From the IMG/VR virus record IMGVR_UViG_3300042566_001028, positions 14,281 to 78,280 of that record: 64,000 nt of DNA; one strand, written 5' to 3'. This document shows, in pieces, positions 48,991 to 56,951 of the stretch. Positions within the stretch are counted from its first letter, which is position 1, and every line of letters starts with the position of its first letter. The notes beneath the pieces are model-generated. The model ran no database searches. It was not told the DNA's origin and saw only the letters and a list, made by a program, of their open reading frames with translations. A program made the translations under genes and the position numbers. Source of the DNA: a virus. Lineage: Duplodnaviria; Caudoviricetes.

Positions 48991-49062
48991 GCTCAGTTCG
49001 ACTAAGGGTTAGGTCACATCCCTTTCACGGATGTAATACGGGTTCGAATCCCGTACTGAGTA
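48991..49062 (+). tRNA. tRNA-Glu (TTC)
   Basis: CATCC-CTTTCAC-GGATG arm. Confidence 0.93.
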
Positions 49063-49067
49063 CAATA

Positions 49068-49140
49068 GCCCGAGTAGCTCAGCTGGTAGAGCAACTGATT
49101 TGTAATCAGTAGGTCGTAAGTTCGATTCTTATCTTGGGCT
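49068..49140 (+). tRNA. tRNA-Thr (TGT)
   Basis: ACTGA-TTTGTAA-TCAGT arm. Confidence 0.94.
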
Positions 49141-49144
49141 CAAT

Positions 49145-49218
49145 GGATGGGTAGTTCAGTTGGTTAGAATGTCGGCTTGTCACGCCGAAGGTCGCGGGTT
49201 CGAGTCCCGTCCCGTCCG
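49145..49218 (+). tRNA. tRNA-Asp (GTC)
   Basis: TCGGC-TTGTCAC-GCCGA arm, G73. Confidence 0.94.
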
Positions 49219-49223
49219 CAATG

Positions 49224-49295
49224 GGTCTGTTAGTTAAATGGATATAACTTCTCACTTCTAATGAGATGTTCGTGGTTCGATTCCACGACGGACTA
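49224..49295 (+). tRNA. tRNA-Arg (TCT)
   Basis: TCTCA-CTTCTAA-TGAGA arm. Confidence 0.92.
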
Positions 49296-49301
49296 CAATA
49301 T

Positions 49302-49408
49302 GCCGGAGTGGCGGAATGATAGTATGTACAACTATTAGACGTTCCCTTCCTAGGTGGGTGGTGTATCCGAAATGGACATCGTGTGAGTAACCAATCTCTC
49401 CTCCGGCA
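49302..49408 (+). tRNA. aberrant tRNA-Leu-like gene with a hairpin inserted in the D loop
   Basis: perfect GCCGGAG/CTCCGGC-A acceptor, TGGCGGAA..AGACG, CCTAGGT loop, long variable arm, non-canonical T loop. Confidence 0.55.
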
Positions 49409-49410
49409 CC

Positions 49411-49497
49411 TTATGGGCTTTGGTGATACAGCCATAAAGAGAGACAGATGTTTCTCATTCACTAAAATAGGTAGGTGACTCCACACCTGCTTATTTT
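49411..49497 (+). ncRNA. unidentified pseudoknotted element
   Basis: TTATGG/CCATAA hairpin whose TGGTGA segment complements TCACTA; GAGAC/TTTCTC and AAATAGGTAGGTG/CACCTGCTTATTT hairpins. Confidence 0.4.
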
Positions 49498-49502
49498 CTT
49501 TC

Positions 49503-49576
49503 GGGAATGTAGCTCAGTTGGTTAGAGCAAAAAACTCATAATTTTGAGGTCACAGGTTCGAGCCCTGTCTTTCCCA
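49503..49576 (+). tRNA. tRNA (CAT), probably Ile2 (lysidine) rather than elongator Met
   Basis: GGG-starting acceptor, A73, CTCATAA loop. Confidence 0.85.
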
Positions 49577-49584
49577 CAAAAAGA

Positions 49585-49616
49585 TTTGGAAATATAAAAA
49601 AATAGTTGTATATTTA
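49585..49616 (+). promoter_or_regulatory. Bacteroidota sigma70-like promoter
   Basis: TTTGG...GTATATTTA. Confidence 0.6.
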
Positions 49617-49632
49617 TTAAAATTAGAAAATT

Positions 49633-49902
49633 ATGAATTGGTTTGTTATTTATTATGTTATCAGTATCCTTTATTGTTTTTATCAGTTAAATGTTAAATA
49701 CAAAGAAAGAGGAGTTGAATATAGTTCTCCCGAATTGGATGCAATTATGGTATTGATTATGGCATGGGTATTAGCCCCTGTCGATGTATCTATTACTTGG
49801 ATTAGAATGGTCAAAAAAGCAGAGGAAGCTAGAATAAGACAATCATCTACTACCTTTTTAGATGCAGATACTTTCAGAAACGAAGAGACACATATATATT
49901 AG
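49633..49902 (+). CDS. small membrane protein
   Basis: two hydrophobic segments. Confidence 0.6.
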   Translation: MNWFVIYYVISILYCFYQLNVKYKERGVEYSSPELDAIMVLIMAWVLAPVDVSITWIRMVKKAEEARIRQSSTTFLDADTFRNEETHIY

Positions 49903-49909
49903 TAGAATA

Positions 49910-49996
49910 GGAAGCTTGCCAGAGTGGTTGAATGGAACGGTCTTGAAAACCGTCATACTGGAAACGGTATCTGGGGTTCGAATCCCTGAGCTTCCG
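49910..49996 (+). tRNA. tRNA-Ser (TGA)
   Basis: ACGGT-CTTGAAA-ACCGT arm, long variable arm, G73. Confidence 0.94.
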
Positions 49997-50009
49997 CAAA
50001 ATAAAAGTT

Positions 50010-50519
50010 ATGACACTAAAAGAAGCAACTGCCGAATTACATAGTAAGGCAGAAAAAATGATGTTCAATCAAAGAATGTTTAGAGGTGAGTTAAGTCAAC
50101 ATGAATACTTAAATTATCTTATTCAACAATCTTACATTTTTCAAGAAATAGAAAATAGAAATTTACCACATCCAAATTTGAAAAGATTAAGTTCAATCAA
50201 TGAGGATATAAACGAATTGGGTGGATATACATTTAAGATAAGTAAACCAACAACGGATTATGTTGTATATTTGGGTGACTTAAATCAAAGTTCATTAAAT
50301 GCACACATCTATTTAAATTACTTAGCAATTATGTTCGGTGGACAAATGATGAAATCAAAAGTTCCAGGTAGTGGTAAGATGTATGAGTTTGATGGTGATA
50401 TGATGGAATTGATTGGTAGTGTAAGAGCAATTCAAAATGACGAAATGGCTGACGAAGTAAATAAAGGATTTCAGTATATTATAAACATATTAGATGAGTT
50501 ACAAACAAACGCTGGATAA
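50010..50519 (+). CDS. hemO: heme oxygenase (biliverdin-producing)
   Basis: LKEATAELHSKAE (proximal His), AHIYLNY...FGGQM. Confidence 0.88.
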   Translation: MTLKEATAELHSKAEKMMFNQRMFRGELSQHEYLNYLIQQSYIFQEIENRNLPHPNLKRLSSINEDINELGGYTFKISKPTTDYVVYLGDLNQSSLNAHIYLNYLAIMFGGQMMKSKVPGSGKMYEFDGDMMELIGSVRAIQNDEMADEVNKGFQYIINILDELQTNAG

Positions 50520-51123
50520 TATAGCTTCTGAATTAGAATCTATAATGCAATTAACAGCTGCATTTGAAATACCTACTGAGGATTTTGGGTGGAGTAATAA
50601 AAGATATGTAGGTGACAATTTTCGTATGGCACATATTGAAAGGTATAGTGATAAGGCTTTAGAGGTTCTACACTTTACTTGTTTTCCAAATCCTACATTT
50701 CAACATCCTATTTTTGGGTTTGATATTATTACAACCGATAAAAAACCATTGGCAGCATTTATGGATTGGTCACCTGTTGATAATAAAGTTAGTATAGAAA
50801 GTAGATATACATTTGAAAAACCATATCCATTACCTGAATGGGCAAAGTTAATATTTTCTCCAAATGCATTAGCAATAATCCCAAATGATTACGAAATGGT
50901 TAGTTTATCAAATAATGTTATTGAAAGTTTTGAAATTTATTTAGATGTATTAAACAATTCAAAAGAAAAACCCAATAGAACCGATTATATAGTGGCAGCT
51001 CAAAACCGATATTGTGATAATCAACAAAAGAACGAAAGAACTTATAATGTGTTGAAATCCAAATTAGGTAAAGATAGAGCTAAATACTTTATGGAAAATA
51101 TCCTATTTCCGAAGATAGTATAA
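50494..51123 (+). CDS. ferredoxin-dependent bilin reductase (PcyA/PcyX-like)
   Basis: LEVLHFTCFP, PIFGFDII, AAFMDWSP, LPEWA..IFS, QNRYC..QQKNERT; adjacent to hemO. Confidence 0.85.
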   Translation: MSYKQTLDNIASELESIMQLTAAFEIPTEDFGWSNKRYVGDNFRMAHIERYSDKALEVLHFTCFPNPTFQHPIFGFDIITTDKKPLAAFMDWSPVDNKVSIESRYTFEKPYPLPEWAKLIFSPNALAIIPNDYEMVSLSNNVIESFEIYLDVLNNSKEKPNRTDYIVAAQNRYCDNQQKNERTYNVLKSKLGKDRAKYFMENILFPKIV

Positions 51124-51179
51124 CGTATATAAAAAAATTACATATATAACTCATTGACCCCAATGTTACTAAAAATAGT

Positions 51180-51211
51180 TTTGGTAATATGGGGTTTTTT
51201 GTGTATATTAC
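51180..51211 (+). promoter_or_regulatory. Bacteroidota sigma70-like promoter
   Basis: TTTGGTAAT...GTATATTAC. Confidence 0.6.
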
Positions 51212-51233
51212 ATATCTAATAGAAAACAACTAT

Positions 51234-51404
51234 ATGGGAAAGTTTTATGAAGATTTAGACACTCTTAATGAACTAATCAAAAAATTAGATAAGAAAAATC
51301 AATTGAGTGAATTTATTATTAGGGCAATTAGACATATGAAAGAAAACCCTACAAAATCAGTATCCGATGTCATTAAAGAAACAAAAAAAGAATTTAATAA
51401 ATAA
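51234..51404 (+). CDS. small hypothetical protein
   Basis: ORF downstream of promoter. Confidence 0.55.
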   Translation: MGKFYEDLDTLNELIKKLDKKNQLSEFIIRAIRHMKENPTKSVSDVIKETKKEFNK

Positions 51405-51603
51405 AGGACATTATTTAGAATTGATGGATAGATTACATGTTGCAATGTCAATGATTGATGAACATATATTAACCCACCCATTAACTCAAAATAATCCAGA
51501 TATTGAAAAGAGTGTAAGTAAAGCAATACATAAATTGTGGAATGCATATCAATTAGTTGGAAATAAAGAAGATAGTTATGAAAATGAGAATAACGCACAT
51601 TAG
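51367..51603 (+). CDS. hypothetical protein
   Basis: HYLELMDRLH..HILTHP; ORF. Confidence 0.55.
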   Translation: MSLKKQKKNLINKGHYLELMDRLHVAMSMIDEHILTHPLTQNNPDIEKSVSKAIHKLWNAYQLVGNKEDSYENENNAH

Positions 51604-52354
51604 TGACACACATAATAAACATAAAAAAATAAACTTATCAGGTGGTGATATTTTAATACATAGTGGAGACATCAGCTCAATTGGTAGAAAACACGAAGTA
51701 GAAGATTTCATAAAATGGTTTAGTAAACAACCGTATAGATTCAAAATATTTATTGCAGGTAATCACGATTTACCATTTGATAGTGAAGTTCTTTTTAGAG
51801 ATAAATCAGTTCACTTTGATAGAATACAATACTTTGAACGACCTGTTGAGGGGAAACCGAATTGGTTAGTCGATGCAATATCCGAATTGGATGATGATGT
51901 ATTTTATTTAGAGAATAGTTCTATTGAATTTGACAATATTAAAATATGGGGTTCACCTATTAGCCCATCGTTTGGATATGGCTGGGCATTTAACAAAGAT
52001 AGAGGTAATGATATCAACGAAGTATGGAATCGAATACCAATGGATACTGATATTGTTATTACACATACGCCCATATATGGATATAATGATAAAACACAAA
52101 ATAATTATCAAAATGTAGGGTGTCAGGATTTATATCAAAGATTACAAGAAGTAAAACCACATTTACACTTTGCAGGACATATCCACGAAGCATATGGGTA
52201 TGGTGTTATACCTTATAAAGATGAATGGGGTGATATTTATACATTTAACGGATGTAGTTGTAATTTGAGATATGAAATAGATAATAATCCAATTACATTT
52301 GATTATGATTTTATAACAAGACAATTGGAATTTATACATAATGAAGAAAGATAA
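51578..52354 (+). CDS. calcineurin-like metallophosphoesterase
   Basis: ISDTH, HSGD, AGNHD, THTP, GHIHE. Confidence 0.92.
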   Translation: MKMRITHISDTHNKHKKINLSGGDILIHSGDISSIGRKHEVEDFIKWFSKQPYRFKIFIAGNHDLPFDSEVLFRDKSVHFDRIQYFERPVEGKPNWLVDAISELDDDVFYLENSSIEFDNIKIWGSPISPSFGYGWAFNKDRGNDINEVWNRIPMDTDIVITHTPIYGYNDKTQNNYQNVGCQDLYQRLQEVKPHLHFAGHIHEAYGYGVIPYKDEWGDIYTFNGCSCNLRYEIDNNPITFDYDFITRQLEFIHNEER

Positions 52355-52829
52355 AAAAATATGGTTGTATTTGGATGATGTTAGAATACCAACCGAAGGT
52401 GAGTGGGAAGTAGTGAGAAACTATGATGAATTTGCGGCACACATCAAATTAAACGGATTGGGTGCATATGAAGTAATCAGTTTAGACCATGATTTGGGTG
52501 AGGGTGCATTGATTGAATATTACACCAACACTAAACCAAATTACGAATTGGACTATAATCGTATACCTGAAAAAACAGGGATGGATTGTGCGAGATTTTT
52601 AGCATCAGAATCTATGGACACTAAAATACCTTTACCTACAATTTATGTTCATTCAGCAAATCCGATAGGTGCGGCAAACATTATGGGATATTTGAATAAC
52701 TTTTTCAAAAATTGTAAATTGAATAAAGAATGTCTTAAAGTAAATATTGCACATTCTTTTACTCAATTTTTGAATGAAGAAGAAAGACAAAATAGGTGGA
52801 ATTTAATAAATAAATACAAAAAGAAATAA
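52341..52829 (+). CDS. cyclic-phosphate-processing receiver-domain protein
   Basis: LYLDDVR, ISLDHDLG, TGMDCA, VHSANPIGA. Confidence 0.8.
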   Translation: MKKDKKIWLYLDDVRIPTEGEWEVVRNYDEFAAHIKLNGLGAYEVISLDHDLGEGALIEYYTNTKPNYELDYNRIPEKTGMDCARFLASESMDTKIPLPTIYVHSANPIGAANIMGYLNNFFKNCKLNKECLKVNIAHSFTQFLNEEERQNRWNLINKYKKK

Positions 52830-52830
52830 T

Positions 52831-52992
52831 ATGATTTATTTAGGAATTGGTATGATGTGTAGTGGAATTTGGATTGCATTTCAAATCTGGAAAGCACCAC
52901 TTTTGAGAGAAAATCCAGATGGTTCATGGACTACAATAGAAGAATCAAAGAAAATAATGGACTTATTTAAGAAAAAAAATAAAAAACAATAG
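52831..52992 (+). CDS. small membrane protein
   Basis: MIYLGIGMM... TM start; fills gap between ORFs. Confidence 0.45.
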   Translation: MIYLGIGMMCSGIWIAFQIWKAPLLRENPDGSWTTIEESKKIMDLFKKKNKKQ

Positions 52993-52994
52993 TT

Positions 52995-53516
52995 ATGGAT
53001 GTTCAATTTACAGATAGTTTTTGGAAATCATTAAAAACAATGAATAGACACCAAACATGGTGGTATAAAACCTATGAATTGTTTAGATATAAAATACCAT
53101 ATTTCATTGAGAATATTTGGTATTTTAGAAAAGAATTATGGGAGCATCGTAGTTGGGATTATATTTTCTCACTAATGATGTTAAAACGTTCTTTGACTAA
53201 ACTTGCTCACACATTGGAGTTTTATGGTTGGGAAGAAGATGTAAGTAGGATGAAAAAAGTTAATGAAATCAAAAGAGTAATATACTTAATTGATAGAATT
53301 AGAGAAGATGAATATCTTAAAGATGCTGAAACGGAGTTAGGAGAAATCCAAAACAAAGATTGGCTTTTTGATGATATAGAAGATACACCTGAACAAAGAG
53401 AACATAATTCAAAAGTATTCAAAAGGTCTCACCAAATAGAAGAGGCTGAATGGAAAGAATTGTGGAAAAATTTGAAAGGTGGAAAGAATGGTGGAATGAG
53501 AGGTTGGTGGGATTAA
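52995..53516 (+). CDS. conserved phage hypothetical protein
   Basis: W..R.WDY motif and C-terminal RGWWD. Confidence 0.7.
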   Translation: MDVQFTDSFWKSLKTMNRHQTWWYKTYELFRYKIPYFIENIWYFRKELWEHRSWDYIFSLMMLKRSLTKLAHTLEFYGWEEDVSRMKKVNEIKRVIYLIDRIREDEYLKDAETELGEIQNKDWLFDDIEDTPEQREHNSKVFKRSHQIEEAEWKELWKNLKGGKNGGMRGWWD

Positions 53517-53547
53517 AGGGATTATTAATTGTTAAAGTATATATTTT

Positions 53548-53751
53548 ATGTTTGTTGTTGTTTTGGTTATGGTCATTGTAACCGCTCTTATTTCTTGGTC
53601 GTGGGTTAATGGTATTGATTATATGAAAGAAAACCATCCCGATTATAAAGGAGAAGATTTTTTAGATTGTGGTGAAGATGCGTGTATAACTAAAATGGCA
53701 GGCAGAGATGCATGGGACGATAACAATATACATTCGGAAGGAGATTTTTAA
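53548..53751 (+). CDS. small membrane protein
   Basis: TM helix then GIDYMKENHPDYKGED. Confidence 0.6.
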   Translation: MFVVVLVMVIVTALISWSWVNGIDYMKENHPDYKGEDFLDCGEDACITKMAGRDAWDDNNIHSEGDF

Positions 53752-53773
53752 TATTTATAAAAAACAAAAAGTT

Positions 53774-54073
53774 ATGAAAGAATTTATACAAAAGTATCAG
53801 AAAGCAATCGTTGGAACCGGTGCAGTATCAGTATTATTGATATGTTATTTCCAACAAAAAGAATTAAGTAAACTTAGAAGTGAACAAATTAAGGTATATA
53901 ATGTTCCTACTGCAGTAGATGGTTTACAATCGACCATAGATAGTTTGAATGGTGAACTATTTATATTACAAACCCAAAATGGGAGATATGAATTATCATT
54001 GGAACATTTATACGAAGTGAATCCAAAAGCAGGAAAAGAATTTACTAATTTTATGGAAACTGAAACCGAATAA
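53774..54073 (+). CDS. membrane-anchored coiled-coil protein
   Basis: TM helix then heptads. Confidence 0.6.
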   Translation: MKEFIQKYQKAIVGTGAVSVLLICYFQQKELSKLRSEQIKVYNVPTAVDGLQSTIDSLNGELFILQTQNGRYELSLEHLYEVNPKAGKEFTNFMETETE

Positions 54074-54074
54074 T

Positions 54075-54242
54075 ATGGAAGTAGAACAATTTACAATTAT
54101 AAAGAACTTATTAGAAGAAATAAGAGATTTACTAAAAGAGGATAAACAACCTCAAACAAAAATTACAGTAGTAGGTAATAAACCTCAAAATAATACAAAA
54201 ATTCCAAAAGGGATGCAAACAAATGAAGATTTTACCCTATAA
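54075..54242 (+). CDS. small hypothetical protein
   Basis: MEVEQF..LLEEIRDLLKE; below track cutoff. Confidence 0.45.
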   Translation: MEVEQFTIIKNLLEEIRDLLKEDKQPQTKITVVGNKPQNNTKIPKGMQTNEDFTL

Positions 54243-54256
54243 AATGGAGTATTTTC

Positions 54257-54330
54257 TAACTAATTGATAATCAAAGACTTATGTATATAGGTCTTTTTTT
54301 ATGCGTAACTCGTTGATTACCAACATATTA
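54257..54330. repeat. two copies of the imperfect 25-bp palindrome TAACTCATTGATWATCAATGAGTTA
   Basis: copies at 54257 and 54306; others at 45473, 51147, 56802, 56851 and 62771-62928. Confidence 0.65.
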
Positions 54331-54349
54331 AAAAAAAGTTTAATAAATA

Positions 54350-54381
54350 TTTGGTAATTCGGGAAATTAGTCGTATATTAC
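54350..54381 (+). promoter_or_regulatory. Bacteroidota sigma70-like promoter
   Basis: TTTGGTAATTCGGGA...CGTATATTAC. Confidence 0.7.
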
Positions 54382-54427
54382 ATTATATTCAAACAATTAT
54401 TTAACAAAACACATAAATTTCCGAGCT

Positions 54428-56722
54428 ATGAGTTGGTATGACAAATTCAAAACAGGTACGAAAGACTACCTAACAAAAGGTAAAAGTTACGCATCATCAT
54501 TTTGGTATGATGATTATGACACTTCGTATGATGTATTAGAAACCTATGGTGGTTTCAAGAAACAAGATTTAGACTTGTATAAAAAGACTAATAACCTATA
54601 TAAGTTAGCATCAGTAAGACGAGCTATTTCTAACTTTGTCCAAATCGTTACACAAAAAAACATACCTGTTACATTCGCTACAAAGAGTGATAGTAAAACG
54701 GATGGTAAGAAAGTTATCTTATCTGCGGATGTGGATGACAAATTCGACGTGTCAGTTGGTTTAGCATTACACGAAGGTTCACACATTATATTGTCGGACT
54801 TTAAGTTGTTGTCTAATATGAACGATATGTTATCTAATTACGAAAGATTACAAAGACAAATCAATCAAGATACTGAAAATGAAATTGGGAGCATGCTCCC
54901 ATTGAGTTGGACTATCGATAGAGTGGATGCACAAATTAGAAAGTATACTTGCCAATATCCAACATACGAAAATCTATTCAATGAGATGTATACCTCAACG
55001 GGTAAGATTGGTAGTAAAGGTAGTATGAATGATGAGATATTTGGTATTATCAGTTCCCTTACCAATTGGGTAGAGGATAGACGTATTGATATGCACATTT
55101 TCAAAACTGCACCTGGTTATAGAGATTATTATACTCAAATGTATGATAACTATTTCAACGATAAGATTGTAACCAAAGGTATTGAAAGTGATGAATATAC
55201 CGATGAGACATTCGAAGCGTATATGTTCCGTATCATTAACTTGATGAATGAGAAAACTGACTTATCTAAATTAAAAGGTTTGAGGTCAATCTATCGTTTA
55301 GTGAACTTAAAGGACATTAGTCGTTTGACATCAACGAAAGATAGTTTTCAGTTAGCTATTGACATTCTTGCTGAGATACTTAAAACTGTCCCTTACGATA
55401 ACGCTCAGATGATGAAAGGTAAAGGACAAGGTAAAGGTCAAAGTGGTAAGGATGGTGATGGTGATGGTGAGTTAGAGATTACCGATATCAATGAGGATGG
55501 TGATAATGATGGTAATAGTGATATGGGTGGTATGAACGGACAAATGAGTGGGCAAGCAACTGCCAGTTTAGGTAACACCGATGACGGAGATAATCAACAA
55601 GGTAATACCAAAGTGAAATTATCCGATACTGCTAAAAAACAATTGGATAAGAAAATCCAAAAGCAAAAGGACTTTATCAATGGTGATATCAAAAAGAAGA
55701 ATGTCCAAAAGAATGAGTTGGAAAAACTGAAAGACATTCAAGAATCAGATACCGAATTGGTTCGTGTTGGTAATGCAATGGAGAGAAATGGTAATGTGAT
55801 GAAAGGTGTTGATTGTATCGTAGTGAAACGATTGACCGAAAATATGTTGAAGTCGGATGATTTTCCATTCTCACATAACGATTGGAACACAAATGAACCA
55901 AAGGTGTGGGCAGAGGATGAAGTTCGTAGAGGAACAACATTAGGAACATTGCTAGGTAAGAAACTACAAGTTCGTAGTGAAAGTCGTGAGACAATATTCA
56001 GTAGATTGAAAAGAGGTAAGATTGATGGCCGTATGGTTGCGTCATTGGGTTATGATAATGAGAATGTGTTTTTCACAAACGAAGTTGACCAATTCAAAAA
56101 AGCAAACCTACATATATCAATTGACTATTCTGGTTCTATGAGTGGTGATAAATTGAGAAAGTGTATTGTATCGACTGTCGCTATTGTGAAAGCATGTGAG
56201 ATGGCTCGTAATATCAATGTACAAGTTTCAGTTCGTTCTACCGATAGAGGTGGACAATGTTTACCATATGTTGCAATCATCCACGATAGTCGTAGAGATT
56301 CATTTAAACAATTCGCAAGATATATGTCTATCTTACAGGCGAACAACACTACACCAGAAGGTTTATGTTTTGAGGCAATATTGAAACAATTAGTTCCGTC
56401 AACGAATGAAAGTCAATCATATTTCTTAAACTTTTCCGATGGTCAACCCTCTTACTCAATTAGTAGAGGTAGTGATGAAATTCAGTATTCAGGTGAACCT
56501 GCTGCATTACACACTAAAAAGCAAGTGAAAAAAATTAGAGATAGTGGTATAGATGTCCTTTCATACTTTATTACCGATTATGGTAGTAACTTTGAACATT
56601 CATCCGATTGGAGAGCATTCAAAACAATGTATGGAAATGACGCAAAATATGTCAACGTGGAAAATATGTTTGAGGTTGCAAAATCTATGAACGAATTGTT
56701 CCTATCTAAAAACAAAAAATAG
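54428..56722 (+). CDS. metallopeptidase-like (HExxH) plus vWA domain protein, CobT-like MoxR partner
   Basis: LHEGSH, VEDRRID, acidic Gly linker, MIDAS DYSGSM...T...SDG. Confidence 0.88.
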   Translation: MSWYDKFKTGTKDYLTKGKSYASSFWYDDYDTSYDVLETYGGFKKQDLDLYKKTNNLYKLASVRRAISNFVQIVTQKNIPVTFATKSDSKTDGKKVILSADVDDKFDVSVGLALHEGSHIILSDFKLLSNMNDMLSNYERLQRQINQDTENEIGSMLPLSWTIDRVDAQIRKYTCQYPTYENLFNEMYTSTGKIGSKGSMNDEIFGIISSLTNWVEDRRIDMHIFKTAPGYRDYYTQMYDNYFNDKIVTKGIESDEYTDETFEAYMFRIINLMNEKTDLSKLKGLRSIYRLVNLKDISRLTSTKDSFQLAIDILAEILKTVPYDNAQMMKGKGQGKGQSGKDGDGDGELEITDINEDGDNDGNSDMGGMNGQMSGQATASLGNTDDGDNQQGNTKVKLSDTAKKQLDKKIQKQKDFINGDIKKKNVQKNELEKLKDIQESDTELVRVGNAMERNGNVMKGVDCIVVKRLTENMLKSDDFPFSHNDWNTNEPKVWAEDEVRRGTTLGTLLGKKLQVRSESRETIFSRLKRGKIDGRMVASLGYDNENVFFTNEVDQFKKANLHISIDYSGSMSGDKLRKCIVSTVAIVKACEMARNINVQVSVRSTDRGGQCLPYVAIIHDSRRDSFKQFARYMSILQANNTTPEGLCFEAILKQLVPSTNESQSYFLNFSDGQPSYSISRGSDEIQYSGEPAALHTKKQVKKIRDSGIDVLSYFITDYGSNFEHSSDWRAFKTMYGNDAKYVNVENMFEVAKSMNELFLSKNKK

Positions 56723-56784
56723 GCTCGGAAAGCCCCTTATGTAGTAAGGGGTTCAAAAGAGCCCCACTACATAAATTTAAGGTA

Positions 56785-56875
56785 AAAAAGACCTAAAATC
56801 ATAACTCATTAGTAATCAATCAGTTATATATTAGGTCTTTTTTATGCGTATAAAACACTATAAATCAATCAATTA
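56785..56875. repeat. long hairpin (AAAAAAGACCTAA/TTAGGTCTTTTTT) enclosing the palindrome, plus a degenerate copy
   Basis: TAACTCATTAGTAATCAATCAGTTA at 56802-56826. Confidence 0.6.
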
Positions 56876-56883
56876 TAAATAGA

Positions 56884-56915
56884 TTTGGTAATACGGGAAA
56901 AAAGTCGTATATTTG
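56884..56915 (+). promoter_or_regulatory. Bacteroidota sigma70 promoter, full consensus
   Basis: TTTG-N20-TATATTTG. Confidence 0.75.
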
Positions 56916-56951
56916 AGTATCAAATCACCAATTAAAACCCCTTATTAAGTT

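Noticed and set aside
49302-49408. Evidence that the genome recodes TAG
   Set aside because: TAG ends several genes cleanly (e.g. 6294, 41285, 45465, 56722, 58235, 62721) and conserved genes are uninterrupted in code 11.
46838-49486. ORFs called inside the RNA island (46838, 47389, 47618, 48259, 48328, 48454, 49106)
   Set aside because: They overlap tRNAs or the giant structured RNA, mostly use non-ATG starts and have atypical composition.
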